Source: the human T2T-CHM13v2.0 reference genome, Homo sapiens
Length of the DNA stretch: 64,000 bases
Assembly (NCBI RefSeq): GCF_009914755.1
Contig: NC_060938.1
Direction: 5' to 3' (one strand)
Positions 42,344 through 54,854 of this stretch are shown one piece after another. A program made the translations under genes and the position numbers. The notes beneath the pieces were generated by a model, which did no database searches, had not been told where the DNA came from, and saw only the letters and a program-made list of their open reading frames with translations. Numbering within the stretch: position 1 is the first letter of the stretch; each line of letters begins with the position of its first letter.

Positions 42344-44035
42344 CGAATACAGCTAATGAAGGAAGTGAAAGATTTCTACAGGAAGAACTACAAAACACTG
42401 CTGAAAGAAATAATATATGACACAAACAGATGAAAAACATTACATGCTCATGGACTGGAGGAATCAATATCATTAAAATGACCATGCTACTCAAAGCTAT
42501 CTATAGATTCAATAAAATTTCTGTCAAAATATCAATGTCATTTTTTTCACAGAATTAGAAAAACTATTTTAAAATTCACATGGAACCAATGAAGAGCCTG
42601 AGTAGGCAAAACAATCCTAAGCAAAAACAAAGCCAGAGGCATCATGTTACCTGACTTCAAACCATACCATATGGCTACAATAACCAAAACAGGATGGTAC
42701 TGATACAAATACAGACAAATAGACTAATGAAACAGGTTAGAGAACATAGAAATAAAGCTGTGCACCTATAGCCATTTGATCTTTGACAAAGTCAACAAAA
42801 ATAAACTATAAAGAAAGGATTCCCTATTCAATAAATTGTGCTGGGAGAGCTGACCAACCACATACAAAACAATGAAATTGTATGCCTACCTTTGACCACA
42901 TACAAAAATTAACTAAAGAGGGATTAGAGATTTAATCAAATCATAAATATCCTTGAACAAAACATAGGAAACACCATTCTAGATATCTGCCTTGGGAAAA
43001 AAATTAATGACTGTCTTCAAAAGCAATTGCAACAAAAACAAAAACTGACAACTAGGACTCAAACTAAAGAGATTCTGCACAGCAAAAGAAACTCTCAACA
43101 GAGTAAACATACAACCTGCAGAATGACAGAAAATATATTCAAACTATGCATCCAACAAAGGTCTAATATCCAGAATCTATAAGAAACTTTAATTTAACAA
43201 GCAAAGACATTTCTCAAAAGAAGACATACAAGCAGCCAACAAACATATGAAAAGCAATGCTCAACATCATTAACCATCAGAGAAATGCAAATTAAAATTG
43301 CAATGCGATATCATCACACACCAGTCAGAATGGCTAGTACTAAAAAGTGAAAAAGCAATAGATGCTGGCAAGGCTGTGGAGAAAAGGAAATGCTTATACA
43401 CTGTTGGTGGAAATGTAAATTACTTCAGCTACTGTAGAGAGCATTTTGGAGATTTCTCAAAGAACGTAAAACAGATCTACCATTCATCCCAGCAATCCCA
43501 TTCATGGGGTTATATCAAAAGATAATATATCATGCTACCAAAAAGACACATGCATTCATATGCTCAACACTGCTCTCTTCACAATAATAAAGCCATAGAA
43601 TCAATCTAGGTGCCCATCAATGGTGGATTGGATAAGAAAATGTGGTACTTATACACCATGAAATACAACGCAGCTGTAAAAAAAAGAATGAAATCACATC
43701 CTTTGCAGCAACAATGGATGCAGCTAGGGGCCATTATCCTAAGCAAGTTGATGCAGGAGAGCAGAAAACCAAATACCACATGTTCTCACTTATAAGTGGG
43801 AGGTAAACATTGGGTCTTTATAAAGATAGCAACAATAGATACTGAGGACTTCTAGAGGGGGATGGGAGGGAGGAAAGGGTTAAAAAATTTATTGGGTACT
43901 ATGCTCAGTACCTCAGTAGCAGGATCAGGCATATCCCAAACCTCAGCATTTTACAATGCACCCATGTAACAAAACTGCACACGTACCCCCTGCTAAATAT
44001 AAAACAAAAATTGAAATTATTAAGAAAAAAAAAAC
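41570..44035 (+). mobile_element. 5'-truncated L1PA16/17-like element (RT region to 3' UTR) containing a (CA)n tract at about 42306-42341
   Basis: ORF2 remnants [22 protein letters not shown] and [18 protein letters not shown]; many stops and frameshifts; A-rich tail. Confidence 0.92.
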
Positions 44036-45534
44036 ATCTCTTCTTAGGAACAAGATTTTTTTCTACTAATTTCAATCTATATAGGATTCTACTGTTTCGA
44101 TTCTTGGATCTGAAATTTCTCCAAAAATTATTTTTATCTTGTTATATGAATAGTGTTTTCTCAAACCTGTGGAATTCATCTGCCATTTTTAATTGGTCCC
44201 TAAGTTTGAGATTTTTCTTTCTGTCTAGTTTAGATTGAAGGTAGAGATACAAAAGGTTTTAATTATCTTTGCCTATTCCAAGCAAAGAATTTGCCAGCCT
44301 CCTTATTTCAACATCTCACATATAGAAAATCTACTTAACTTATACACCTTTTATCACCACTTGTAAATCTAATCCTTCCCAGCAGTCAGTTAAAAAAAAA
44401 TAGGCAAACAAAAACTTTCTGATCCATCATCTCTCATATATTTCATTTTTTTGTTTGTTTTTTTAATTCTGCATGTTAAGTTGTTAGTCCAGAGGTAGAT
44501 ATTTTGCATATTTCATCTTCATACTGACTAGGGTGCTCTATAAGATATTAATGAAGGTTTTCAGAAAATTATTATTGCAATCTCACACACCATGCAATTT
44601 AGGAGATGAATTTCACTTAGATATTGTGGCTTTCATGACTCACACTTCTCTAATGCCATTCTTTTGATGTGCTTGTAGCAATACACAAGTTTCTTAAGAG
44701 CTAAACATTACTACGAGCTAGGCAGGAGAAAAGCATTAAAGATCAATATCTGTCTTAAAGAAAGAGTTTAGAATCTTCAAGTGAGACACCCATTCACAAG
44801 TCTTTATATGATTATACATTTTAGGTGAATAGATGTGCCTAGAGAATGTTTGACAATTGCAAAGTCTTAACTAACTCATCGTTTTCTGTAGACTGTTTCC
44901 CATACGTATTTCTTTAATATTTCCCCCCTTAAATCTCCAGGCTGTTTTGTTAAGTTTGTTCTAAGGCTTTTATATTTTGTTCATTTCTGTTGACTCAATA
45001 ATAAACGTTCACTGAGTGTGCAGAATGTAGTAATCCTCTCTCTGAGACTTTGTGGAGGAAGATTCTTCCTGTCAAAAATAAAGGCAGTTTGTTCTGAAAA
45101 TAAATTACTATTATGTCTGCCAACTTTGGGTGGTCTGCTGTTATTAAAGACCAGATTATGAGGATTCATTTTAGATGCTTCGAGAGCTCACAAGTGGACG
45201 TCTCTGGGGCTTGTGAGTACAAGGAGGAGTTTGTTGTGTCTAGGGGACCAGAGCCCTGAATCTGGGAGGTAGCTTTGATTGACAGGTTTATTTTTTTATA
45301 ATTCTGTGGGAAAAAACAAAATCCTGGTTTCAGCATGGTTTCTGTTGTTACGTTTGTTTCTTTTATAAAGTATTTTGACACCAGGTAAAACTGACACATT
45401 AAATATCAATACAATCATTTGAGATTTACTTCTATAAAAACCTTCTAGATCATTCTGATGTAGGCAAGACTATCAATTATGTAGCATTTAGAACCTCCTT
45501 TCTTTCCCACCTCTGCCAGTTCACCATTATTCCC

Positions 45535-45883
45535 TGCAGTGGACTGAAAGTTTGTGTTTCCTCAAATTCATATGTTGAAGTGCTAATCCCCAATGTGACA
45601 GTGTTTTGAGGTGGGTCTTTAAGAAAGTAATTACGTCATGATGGTAGATCCTTACGAATGGGATTAATACCCTTTAAAGAAAGACGTAAGAGAGATAATT
45701 TTGCCACCATGTAAGGATACAACAAGTTTTTCCTCTGCAAACCAGAAAGACTGCCCTCCCCAGAAACTGAATTATCTGGCACCTTGATTTTGTACTTTGC
45801 AGCCTTCAGAACTGTAGTGAATAAATGTTTGTTGTTTAATTCTACAGTATTTTGTGTTGTAACTGCCAAAACTAACTAAGACA
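45535..45883 (+). mobile_element. MLT1A-like solo LTR
   Basis: TGCAGTGGACTGAA...AAATTCATATGTTGAAG...AATAAATGTTTGTTGTTTAA...ACTAAGACA. Confidence 0.88.
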
Positions 45884-47219
45884 TCTCCCAATTTTAGAAG
45901 CCCATAGATTATTTTAGATTCTCCCTTTGACCAAAAACTCCTCTTTGAACAGCATGCTAGGAACATTTAGCTTAATAATACCATAGACATTTATTGAAAA
46001 CCTACTATGTGAGAGTGGTGCCGGGAAATATCTCTTGTATTTGAATACAACATGGCTTAAATTACAACATTTTTGTAATAATTTGCACTTAAATAGGGCC
46101 ATAGACCAAATTTTACTGAAGTCCAAGTGATGATATTTAAATTGCTGCATTTTAGGAACTCACATGCCATTTAAAAAAATGTTTTGTGTAACAAGGACTG
46201 CTATGGCTATTGATTCAGAAATCGTATGAATTGTGAGGCAGAGGAGTTTGAAAACCAATCTACAAATGCACCAATACAGCATTAAGATAAATCCTGCAAG
46301 ATCAACCCAGGGAAGTCTCAACACTCATATTAAAACCCAGATGAAGAGGTACGAGGTTTTTCTACATTCTCTTTTGCCCATCCATTCTCATAGAAATGTC
46401 TGTATTTTGATCATATTATCCTACCATTCTTCTCTCCATGATTTAAGTTCTAACCAGATCATCTCTCTGTCATTGAGAGATACTGGATAAAGAATAACAC
46501 ACCTTAAATTTCATTTGAACCCTTACTAAAATAAAAATTCTATGGAATTTTTTTATCTTCCAATTTTTTAATATTCTCAACAAATACAAATTGACTTTAT
46601 ACTATTTGCCATGTATCAGGCACTATTCTATGCCCTCAGTACATAAAGAAAAAAGACATAGCTCATGCTTTTTGGCACAAACTTTCTACAGAAGTCAGAA
46701 AATGAAGTATTCAAACATTGTGAATTTTGCAATATAAAAGATACTTTGAGAAAAAGAGATCATGTTGATGATGTTATTTACTAGACACATATTTATTAAG
46801 TGTATATTACCCCAGACATGGTTCCATACTAAAAGGATAAGAATTGCATCTTTGAATCTTTCACGTCTAGTATACATACTTTAACTTACTAGGCATTTAA
46901 TGAATATCTTAGGAAATAAATTTTATTCAGTTTGAAAAAAAGGAAAAAAAAACTTATTTTGCTTTGTTGGTTGAGAGATTACTTCCTTCAACAAATACTG
47001 AGTAGTTTCCATTCATTTATTGAGTCATTCATTTAGTAAATATTAATCACTTAATATTAACAGAAAAAGAAGTGGTTAACTATTTCAAGTTCTACTGAGA
47101 GAGCTGAAGATTGAAATATGTCTATTTTATGTAACACTTTAGAGGCTACTGATAATCTTACAGAAAGGAAATAATTTGTCCTGTGGAGATTGGAACCACA
47201 TTGGAATTACATGTTTTGA

Positions 47220-47770
47220 AGACCAATGAGATATCATTACACATCTATCAGATTGGAAAAAAATGTTAAGAAAAGAAAATCCAACTATTGATGAAGATGT
47301 AGACACACTGGAATTTTCCTACACTGATATCAGGAGTATAAATTGGACCAACGATTAATGAGAAATTGTATACTATCTAATCGGGTTAATGCTACGCATA
47401 TTTTAAGTTCAAATATTCTACTTCAGAATAAAAATTTCAGAAAACTCTTAAACGTGTACACAAGGAGACATACAAACAAATTAATTGAAGAAATTTTAGT
47501 ATACATATATTAAGAAAAATACATCTTAAAACATGCTAATCACTATAAAAGGCAAGATGCAGAGTTTTATTTTTACACGAAGTTTTAAAAATACACAAAA
47601 TAGATTCACATATAGTGAAAGCTTAAAAAGATGTATAAATATAGTAATATTAAGAGAGGGAATAAAGAGGATATCTGAGAGGGGAACCAAAGGAGCAAAA
47701 GATTTTACTATCTGCAATGTTTTATTTCAAAAGAAAGAACGAAAAAAAGAAGAACGGAAAGAAGGAAGGA

Positions 47771-47802
<32 letters not shown>

Positions 47803-48160
47803 AGGGGAGGGAAGGAGGGAGGGAAGGAGGGAGGGAAGGAGGGAGGGAAGGAAGGGAAAGAAAGAGAGAAAGAGAGAGAAAGAGAAGAAAGAAAGAAGAA
47901 AGAAAAAGAAAGAAAGAAAGAGAGAGAAAGAAAGGAAGAAAGAGAAAGAAAGAAGAGAAAAAAAGGAAGAAAGAAAGACAAGGAAGAGAGAGGAAAGGAG
48001 CAAGAAAGAGGAAGAGAGAAAGAAATGGAGGAAGAATGAAAAAATAAAAAAATGTTGAGCTGTTAAAACTAGATATTTGTGTACCTGAAGTTCTGTTTAT
48101 TTTTAATATATAATTCTACTATGCTCTACTTTTATTGTATATTTGAAAATAATTCATTAT
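47220..48160 (+). mobile_element. L1ME-like 3' fragment interrupted by a purine-rich repeat
   Basis: AATGAGATATCATTACACATCTATCAGATTGG; ending TATATTTGAAAATAATTCAT. Confidence 0.55.
47728..48040. repeat. Compound purine-rich microsatellite (GAAG/GCAG/GGGA/GAAA)
   Basis: About 310 nt almost entirely A/G on the + strand. Confidence 0.95.
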
Positions 48161-49244
48161 GAAAGAAATATTAGGGTAAAAAAACTTGACACATGTGTAG
48201 GCAGGTCCTTTCAGCTTCCTTGAAGAGATTGGCCTGGTGCCAGAAAAGATGGTAGCATTAGAAGAGGAAGACTTTTGTATTGAATGGGGAGAATAAATGC
48301 TTTGTGGTGAGAAATCAGTACCTGAGAAAACAACCTTTCCCCAATTATGAGATACACAGAGTATGAGGCGGTGGGGGGAAAACAAAAAGCAGTCCCCGCC
48401 TGGGGAAGCAGCCGTGTTAGGGGATGGCTGTTTCAGGTACAGCAAAATTATAGAACAAATATTCAGAGAAGAGACCGTCAATATGGAGTGGGTCGTACGC
48501 AAGTGAATACAATTTCTTTTTTGAGGATCCATCCATTGAACGCACTCAAGGCAGAGGTGTTCACAAAACACAACATTTTTCCAGGACGAACTTTGAGAAA
48601 ATAGTTGAGAGACTAGGAAGCAAAGCAAGGCAAAACAAAGCAAAGCAGCAAAAGACACATAGAGTCAGAAGTGCTTTCTTTTCTTACATAATCTTGAAGG
48701 TTAAAATTAACGTATAGAATATGAGTGTTCTTGGACAATTAATAGAAAATCACAGACAGTGGGATCAGTGCCCCACATCCGCAGCACATCTTTTATCACT
48801 GTTAGAAGGCCATTAGAAGTAAGCTACACCATTTTTGTCTTTGTTTCTCTTATCTTAAAAGGAAAACACACCAGGTAAAGCATATGCTAAAACAATCTCC
48901 ATGAACGTGAAATACGTGTTAATTTTTTACATGACTACAAGTTGAACATAAACAATACATGTACGGATATTACACAAAATAAAATGGCTGATTGTATCAT
49001 TAAAAGTAGCCTTTTTTTGATTAAACATTTTTGATAGCCTATGATATTTTGGCAGAGTTTTGATAAAACTTTTTTCATAATTCTTTATTTTCCTAAGCTT
49101 AATTTATCTTTATGAAAGTCTGCTCTCAAAATATTCATTAGCAGATAACAATGGAAATTTATAGGGCCACTGGCCTAGAAGATAAACCATATTATTTCAT
49201 AACCTGCCTCATACTGGAATCATTCCACAACTTAAGTGGGAATT

Positions 49245-49460
49245 ATAATAACAATAGTGGCTACAATTCATTGAGCACTATTCTAAGTGCATTTCACTTC
49301 TTAACTTATTGCATCCTTATACATTTCCCAGGTATATACAGTTGTTTCAATTCAAGGAAGAAATGAAAGAGGTGAGCACATTCCCAAGATGGCGTAGCTG
49401 TTGTGGCTCAGAGTAGGAATTAGAACCCATGTCTTTCTGATGCTAAGCCCTAACTTGCTA
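49245..49460 (-). mobile_element. MIR SINE
   Basis: CATTGAGCACTATTCTAAGTGC...GGAATTAGAACCCATGTCTTTCTGA. Confidence 0.65.
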
Positions 49461-51498
49461 TTGTACATCCTGTTTTAGTCAATGATGCAAGAGCAGAAAA
49501 GACAAGCTACCCTATGTTCTATTTAAAGAATTAGGTGACACTTAGAAAGTATTTTCACCGATCACTGTAGCAATTAGAGGCAAAATTATAGACACTGCTA
49601 GAAAATTGTGCTGATGGAAATGTGTGATGGCTCAGTGAGAAAAATGGCAATATAACATAATCTTAAATGGAAATTATATTCGTGTCTCAGCTTTCTTCTT
49701 TACAATTGATTTTGATATTGTTTTACAGGGAGACTTGCTCTGCAAATATCACAGCAATCATTGGCCAAAAGTAACACAATTCTGAGTGAATCCCTGGTAA
49801 AAGAATTATAATAGTCCCAATATTATGGGCATTTGTCAGGAGCATCATCCATAAAGACAATCCCCAAATGAACATAGTTAAGGCTTAGTTTTCTTGGACA
49901 ATTAAAAACAGTAAAAAAGACAAACAAACTTGGAGACAATGGATTTTCTTTCCCATTGTCTCTATGAATATTAATCACCATTAAAAGTGACTCTTAGTTT
50001 CAAAATCTATACTTTGATAATGGATGCATAATAATGATATCACTAAAAGAAATCTTACTGCACACATACTTAGCTTCCCCTCAAGACTACTACAAAGTTT
50101 TCCTCAGGGCTTGATTTCTTCATTAAAATTGAGTATTATCTAATTTAAGCTATGCTGTTTATTGAGATCTTGGAAAGTAAAGTTGGTATGGAGAAGGTCT
50201 ACAAGGTAAATAACAAAACGACAAAGTTTTGAAAACTCTGTACAGATCCATAACTTATACACAAACTACTCAGAATGTCAAATAATAATAATAATAATAA
50301 CTCATTCAACAGTCAAAAAAATTATAGGTATACCCAGATATTTTACTGATTGAAACCTGGAAAAAGAAGCCAATTTTGTTCAAAGTAACAATGGCTGCAA
50401 AAATAAGATCAAGAGTTTGAGCTACTAATAATAAATCTCTCCTAAGTGGATTCCAGATGTCAGTCATTGTAACTAAGTCATGGCCAAAGGCAATTAATCT
50501 CTTAAAATGAGTGAGTAGTGAACAGTTCTTTGGACCTGAAAATAGACACATGATCTACACTTCGTAACAGCAGCAGCCGTCCACGTAGTCATAGTACTAG
50601 TAATAATAATGATAATACTGACATTCACCCACAAGGCGATGCTTTTAAGCAGAAAGCAAATGTGTCAGGTCCAAAAATATTATCTTTAATAACTATAATC
50701 TTCTGGGGTTAGACAAGAATACTCAAAATACGTGACTCTACAGCCTGGGGATTTACTATTGATTATGTTTTTTAATCTTCTGTGGCCCATTTTCTTTTTA
50801 GTACTCTATCTGTGCCTACACTTTAGGCCCCAGTGTGTTGTAAATGGTGTAAAGGGAAAGCTGTGTTTGATTAGGAAAAAATACAAACCATTTCTCTTAT
50901 GATTTGTTAGCATTAATTTTCATTGCTTACTTGTGAGAATGACTCAGGTTTTGGTTTAATTATGTCTATTTTATGAGCTACTACAATAAGGGGACATGTT
51001 TTCTGCCTATATATATCTATATGAGCTAACTTTCTTACAAAATGTATTCTGAGATAATATTCTGATCTTGAACTAATATCTTGGTCCTTAAATTGGCTCA
51101 ATGAGATAAGAATAAAGGGAAATAGAATGAAAAAAATACTACAAAAATTGTGTTTAAATAAAATATGTTTAATCTTGTTGCTAGTGCATCATCTTGACCG
51201 AGTTCACTTGCTGGTGGCGGGTGCTCAGAGTGTATCTGATGTCACTAACACCTTCCACTCCTATCACATGACCACTTTCCATACCACTACTGAAGTCTCT
51301 GCTTTCTGAAATACTTCTTTCAAGATCTCAGAAGTTTTTGCATATAATAAGCTCATGAATTTAATTAGTTTTTGTTTTAATATATAGGTAATTTAGGTTC
51401 TCTTTTTTAGCTTCAACATTAAACAATTCTGTAATCACAGGAAATATTTATATTGAAGCTACCATAGGACTACCTTGCATATGAACATTATACACTAT

Positions 51499-51625
51499 AT
51501 TATATATTATACAGTATATACACAGTATATATATTCAGTATATACACACAGTATATATAAATTATACAGTATATATATTCAGTATATATACACAGTATAT
51601 ATAAACTATACAGTATATATATTAT
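51499..51625. repeat. AT-rich minisatellite with CAGTATATA core
   Basis: Eight CAGTATATA-containing units read directly. Confidence 0.9.
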
Positions 51626-53258
51626 CTATTTCCTACCTTGCATAGGAAAATTACACAGTATGTTTGAGGGTTGATGAAAATCTGACCTACAGATATGTAC
51701 CAATGATTTTGCGTGTATACCTCTCAGCATCTGTTAATGGATGGTGAAAAAAAAGTCAATGAAATAAAGAATAACGTCACAACTCAAATTTATTGAGAAA
51801 TCTTACCTACTGATGAAATTGGAGACTTGTGCTTAGGAAGGAAAAACAATATTTTCCAGCCAAAGATAAACAATGGACATACGAATAGTAGAATTTGGGC
51901 AGAAAAATTTATAGGAATAAGGACTGGAGGTTGGGATGATTTATTTAAACCATCAAGAAAGAGTGGCTTCTGGATGCATGTGTTTAATAAAAATGTATCC
52001 TTATTGAGACCATTTCAAAAAGGAGTCATTGAGTTTCTTTGCCTGAGCCACAGTCGCTTCCTAATTTTAGAATTCATAGGCATTTTAAGAATTCATGATT
52101 GATATAAAAATGTATTTGGACTGGATCCTAAGAACCAAAAAGATGTTTCTACTAGCAAATTAAACCATTGTTTCTACAAAGAACCACAGAACAACTAAAT
52201 GGTAACATGATTATTGAAAAACATGTTTATTTTAATGAGGTGAAATGGTACATGTGCTGGAGTCAAATTGGCTTGAAACTTAATTTTAACCTAGGTTAAA
52301 ACTTAGTAAGTTTTAAGTTGATAGGTTAAAACTTAATTTTAACCTATCAACGGTAAGGGAATAGGTAGCATACTTTCATTTAAGCAGAGATAAACTGATC
52401 AATAATGCTGAAATTGTGACTAATAGTAGAACACATTGAAAAGTAACACTTATATCACTATTGCAGAGTAACACTTTTACAGAAACATGTTAATTCAACT
52501 TAATTATCAATAGCAAATTATGTAACTGTTGAATATCGCATTTTATTAAATTTCGTTTTATAAAGAGCAGAAGAAGATATTTCTTATTGAAGTTTTTATT
52601 TAAATGGCATTTATTTCTTAATACATTACAGGCAACTGAATTGCTTTTTGAAATAATATTAATAAAAATGCATAAATCATTTAATAATCATTTATTGTTC
52701 ATTAATATTATTAAATAATCAACTGAATTTTAGAAGACTCAACAAATAAGTGTAAACATAAAATTCATAAGTGGTTGCCACAGGAAATGTTTACCTTATT
52801 TGTGTAATGTTATAATTGCTAAGAAGGACATGATGTGTATATTTGGAGTTATTATGTTAGTTAGGCAGTAAAACTGACACTATGTCAAAAGAATAGTATG
52901 ATGTATAAGTGGTTCAGTATAAGACACAGCCAAAACCCTAGGATTTTCCCTAGAGGTATGTGATGTATGTATAGCAGATGAAAACGCACAATAATTATTA
53001 GCTGCACAAATGTTCATTAGGAGATAATCAATTACCACAGTTAGGGTTTTACAGTCATTTGCATACTAGACCAGCAGTGGCATAAAGGTTACAAAGGAAG
53101 ACACATATTAAGTTAAAGTCTGTGTTTCTCGTTAAACTTGATTGTTCCTAACTGGATGTTCTCTAGCATTGTATGCAGCATATTTTACATAACTCACACA
53201 ATATGTTGTGCCACTTCTTAGTGATAGGAACATTGATGCAGATTTCAAGGATAGTAAT

Positions 53259-53363
53259 ACTTTCCTCTAGTAATCAGTCTAAAGAGTTTTAATCAATCCT
53301 GTAGTAATCAATCTAAAGAGTTTTAATCACTTTCCTCTAGTAATCAATCTAAAGAGTTTTAAT
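53259..53363. repeat. Tandem triplication of a ~35-bp unit
   Basis: TAGTAATCA(A/G)TCTAAAGAGTTTTAAT three times. Confidence 0.95.
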
Positions 53364-54854
53364 ATATTTAATCAATATATTCTGCAGTTAGAACCTGACG
53401 TGTTGGGATTAAGATAAAGTTCACCCTTTAGTTGTTGTGTTTTATAATCATATCTGCTTCTGTATATATTTTATCAGCAACAAATAATTTATTTTTGCTG
53501 TTCTGAAACAAGAGAAAACATTTATTCCACAGCCTTTGACCATATGTTTCACTTACCACATATATAATTCTCCCTCCATGATTCCAATGAAAAAGTTTTT
53601 ACAGATGACACAGACAACATAATTAAATAGGTATAAATATAAAAGAAAAAAATGATAGCAGGGTAAACTTTATCTTATAGTTTATTTTAATCTAAAGCTG
53701 TTCAACTTGAAGAATAAAAGTGAGTATTTTTGAGGATAAAAGCGATTTTACTGGGTCAAAATAACATGCTGTAAGCCACTTTTAAAAGGAAATCATGCAA
53801 TCTCATAGTTTCACAAATAGGAATGTTTAGCTTATTAGTTACTATTTATTTTTTAAAATAGTTTTTCAACTTTACACATTGTTGAAAATATAAGCCACAC
53901 CAATTAATAGGAACATCACATTTAGTGATGTAAAAAACAATAGAAATAGACATAACAGCCTGCATTAACAATGGCACAAAATGCTTAAGCCTTAAGACTT
54001 AGTGTTATAACCAGAAAGAATATTTTTTACAAAGTTTTGCAGAGAGATGTCCATGCTGATAAAATAGGAAATCACTTTTAGTTCACACCCACTGTGGAAA
54101 TTATCACAATGTTTACTCAAACAAAAGTAAAACCTCTTTTACTTCTTTTACATCTTCTTCATATATAATATATTTTTAAAATCTATTTAAAAATTGGAAG
54201 TTTGATCATCAACTTCAAGACAATAGGCTGAGCATGCATAATTAACTTTCCTTGCTCCCAACAGAAATCACAGTAAATATATGTTAAAGAGTGTATATCG
54301 AGTGTAATGTGCAGAAGGAAAGCAGAAACCACTAGCAGAAAAACGACAGCGTTTCAGTAATGATTAACTGAGCAGTGGAAATAACAGCCAAGAAAATTCT
54401 TAGAAAATTTCTTCACTGTCCAAAACAGTCCTGTTTATTAGGCTCCAAACTCATGTTAGCAAGTGTGGAATGTGTGTGTGTGTGTGTGTGTGTCTGCGTG
54501 TGTGTCTGTGTGTATGTATGTGTGTGTCTGGGTCTGCGTGAAAGACCACAATAAACTAATAGAATAATTAGCTACAGAAACCAAAGGTAATTGAACAACT
54601 GGAGGATATTTTTAAAAAATCTAATGAGTATCCTATGAGAGATTGAAGATGATAGTTTATTGAAGATGATAGTTTTCTTGTACTAAAATCAGTAGCATGC
54701 TGTGATGAAAGAGGATAAAAGAAAACGAGAGTAGGTTCTTAGGAATTAAAATATACATTTGTTAAAAAAAGATACAAAATCCATTTTATGTAAAGATTAA
54801 AGAAGATAAGGTTTAGAAAATAGCTCAAATTATATTTTACCAATAAAAAGAATT

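Noticed and set aside
41462-43795. Reverse-transcriptase-like peptides
   Set aside because: Fragmented ORF2 of a dead, 5'-truncated L1.
47533-48058. 168-aa K/E/R-rich ORF and its antisense F/L/S-rich ORFs
   Set aside because: Translation of a stop-free purine microsatellite.
53259-53363. CRISPR-like ~35-bp repeats
   Set aside because: Head-to-tail with no unique spacers, no cas genes, and a eukaryotic context.
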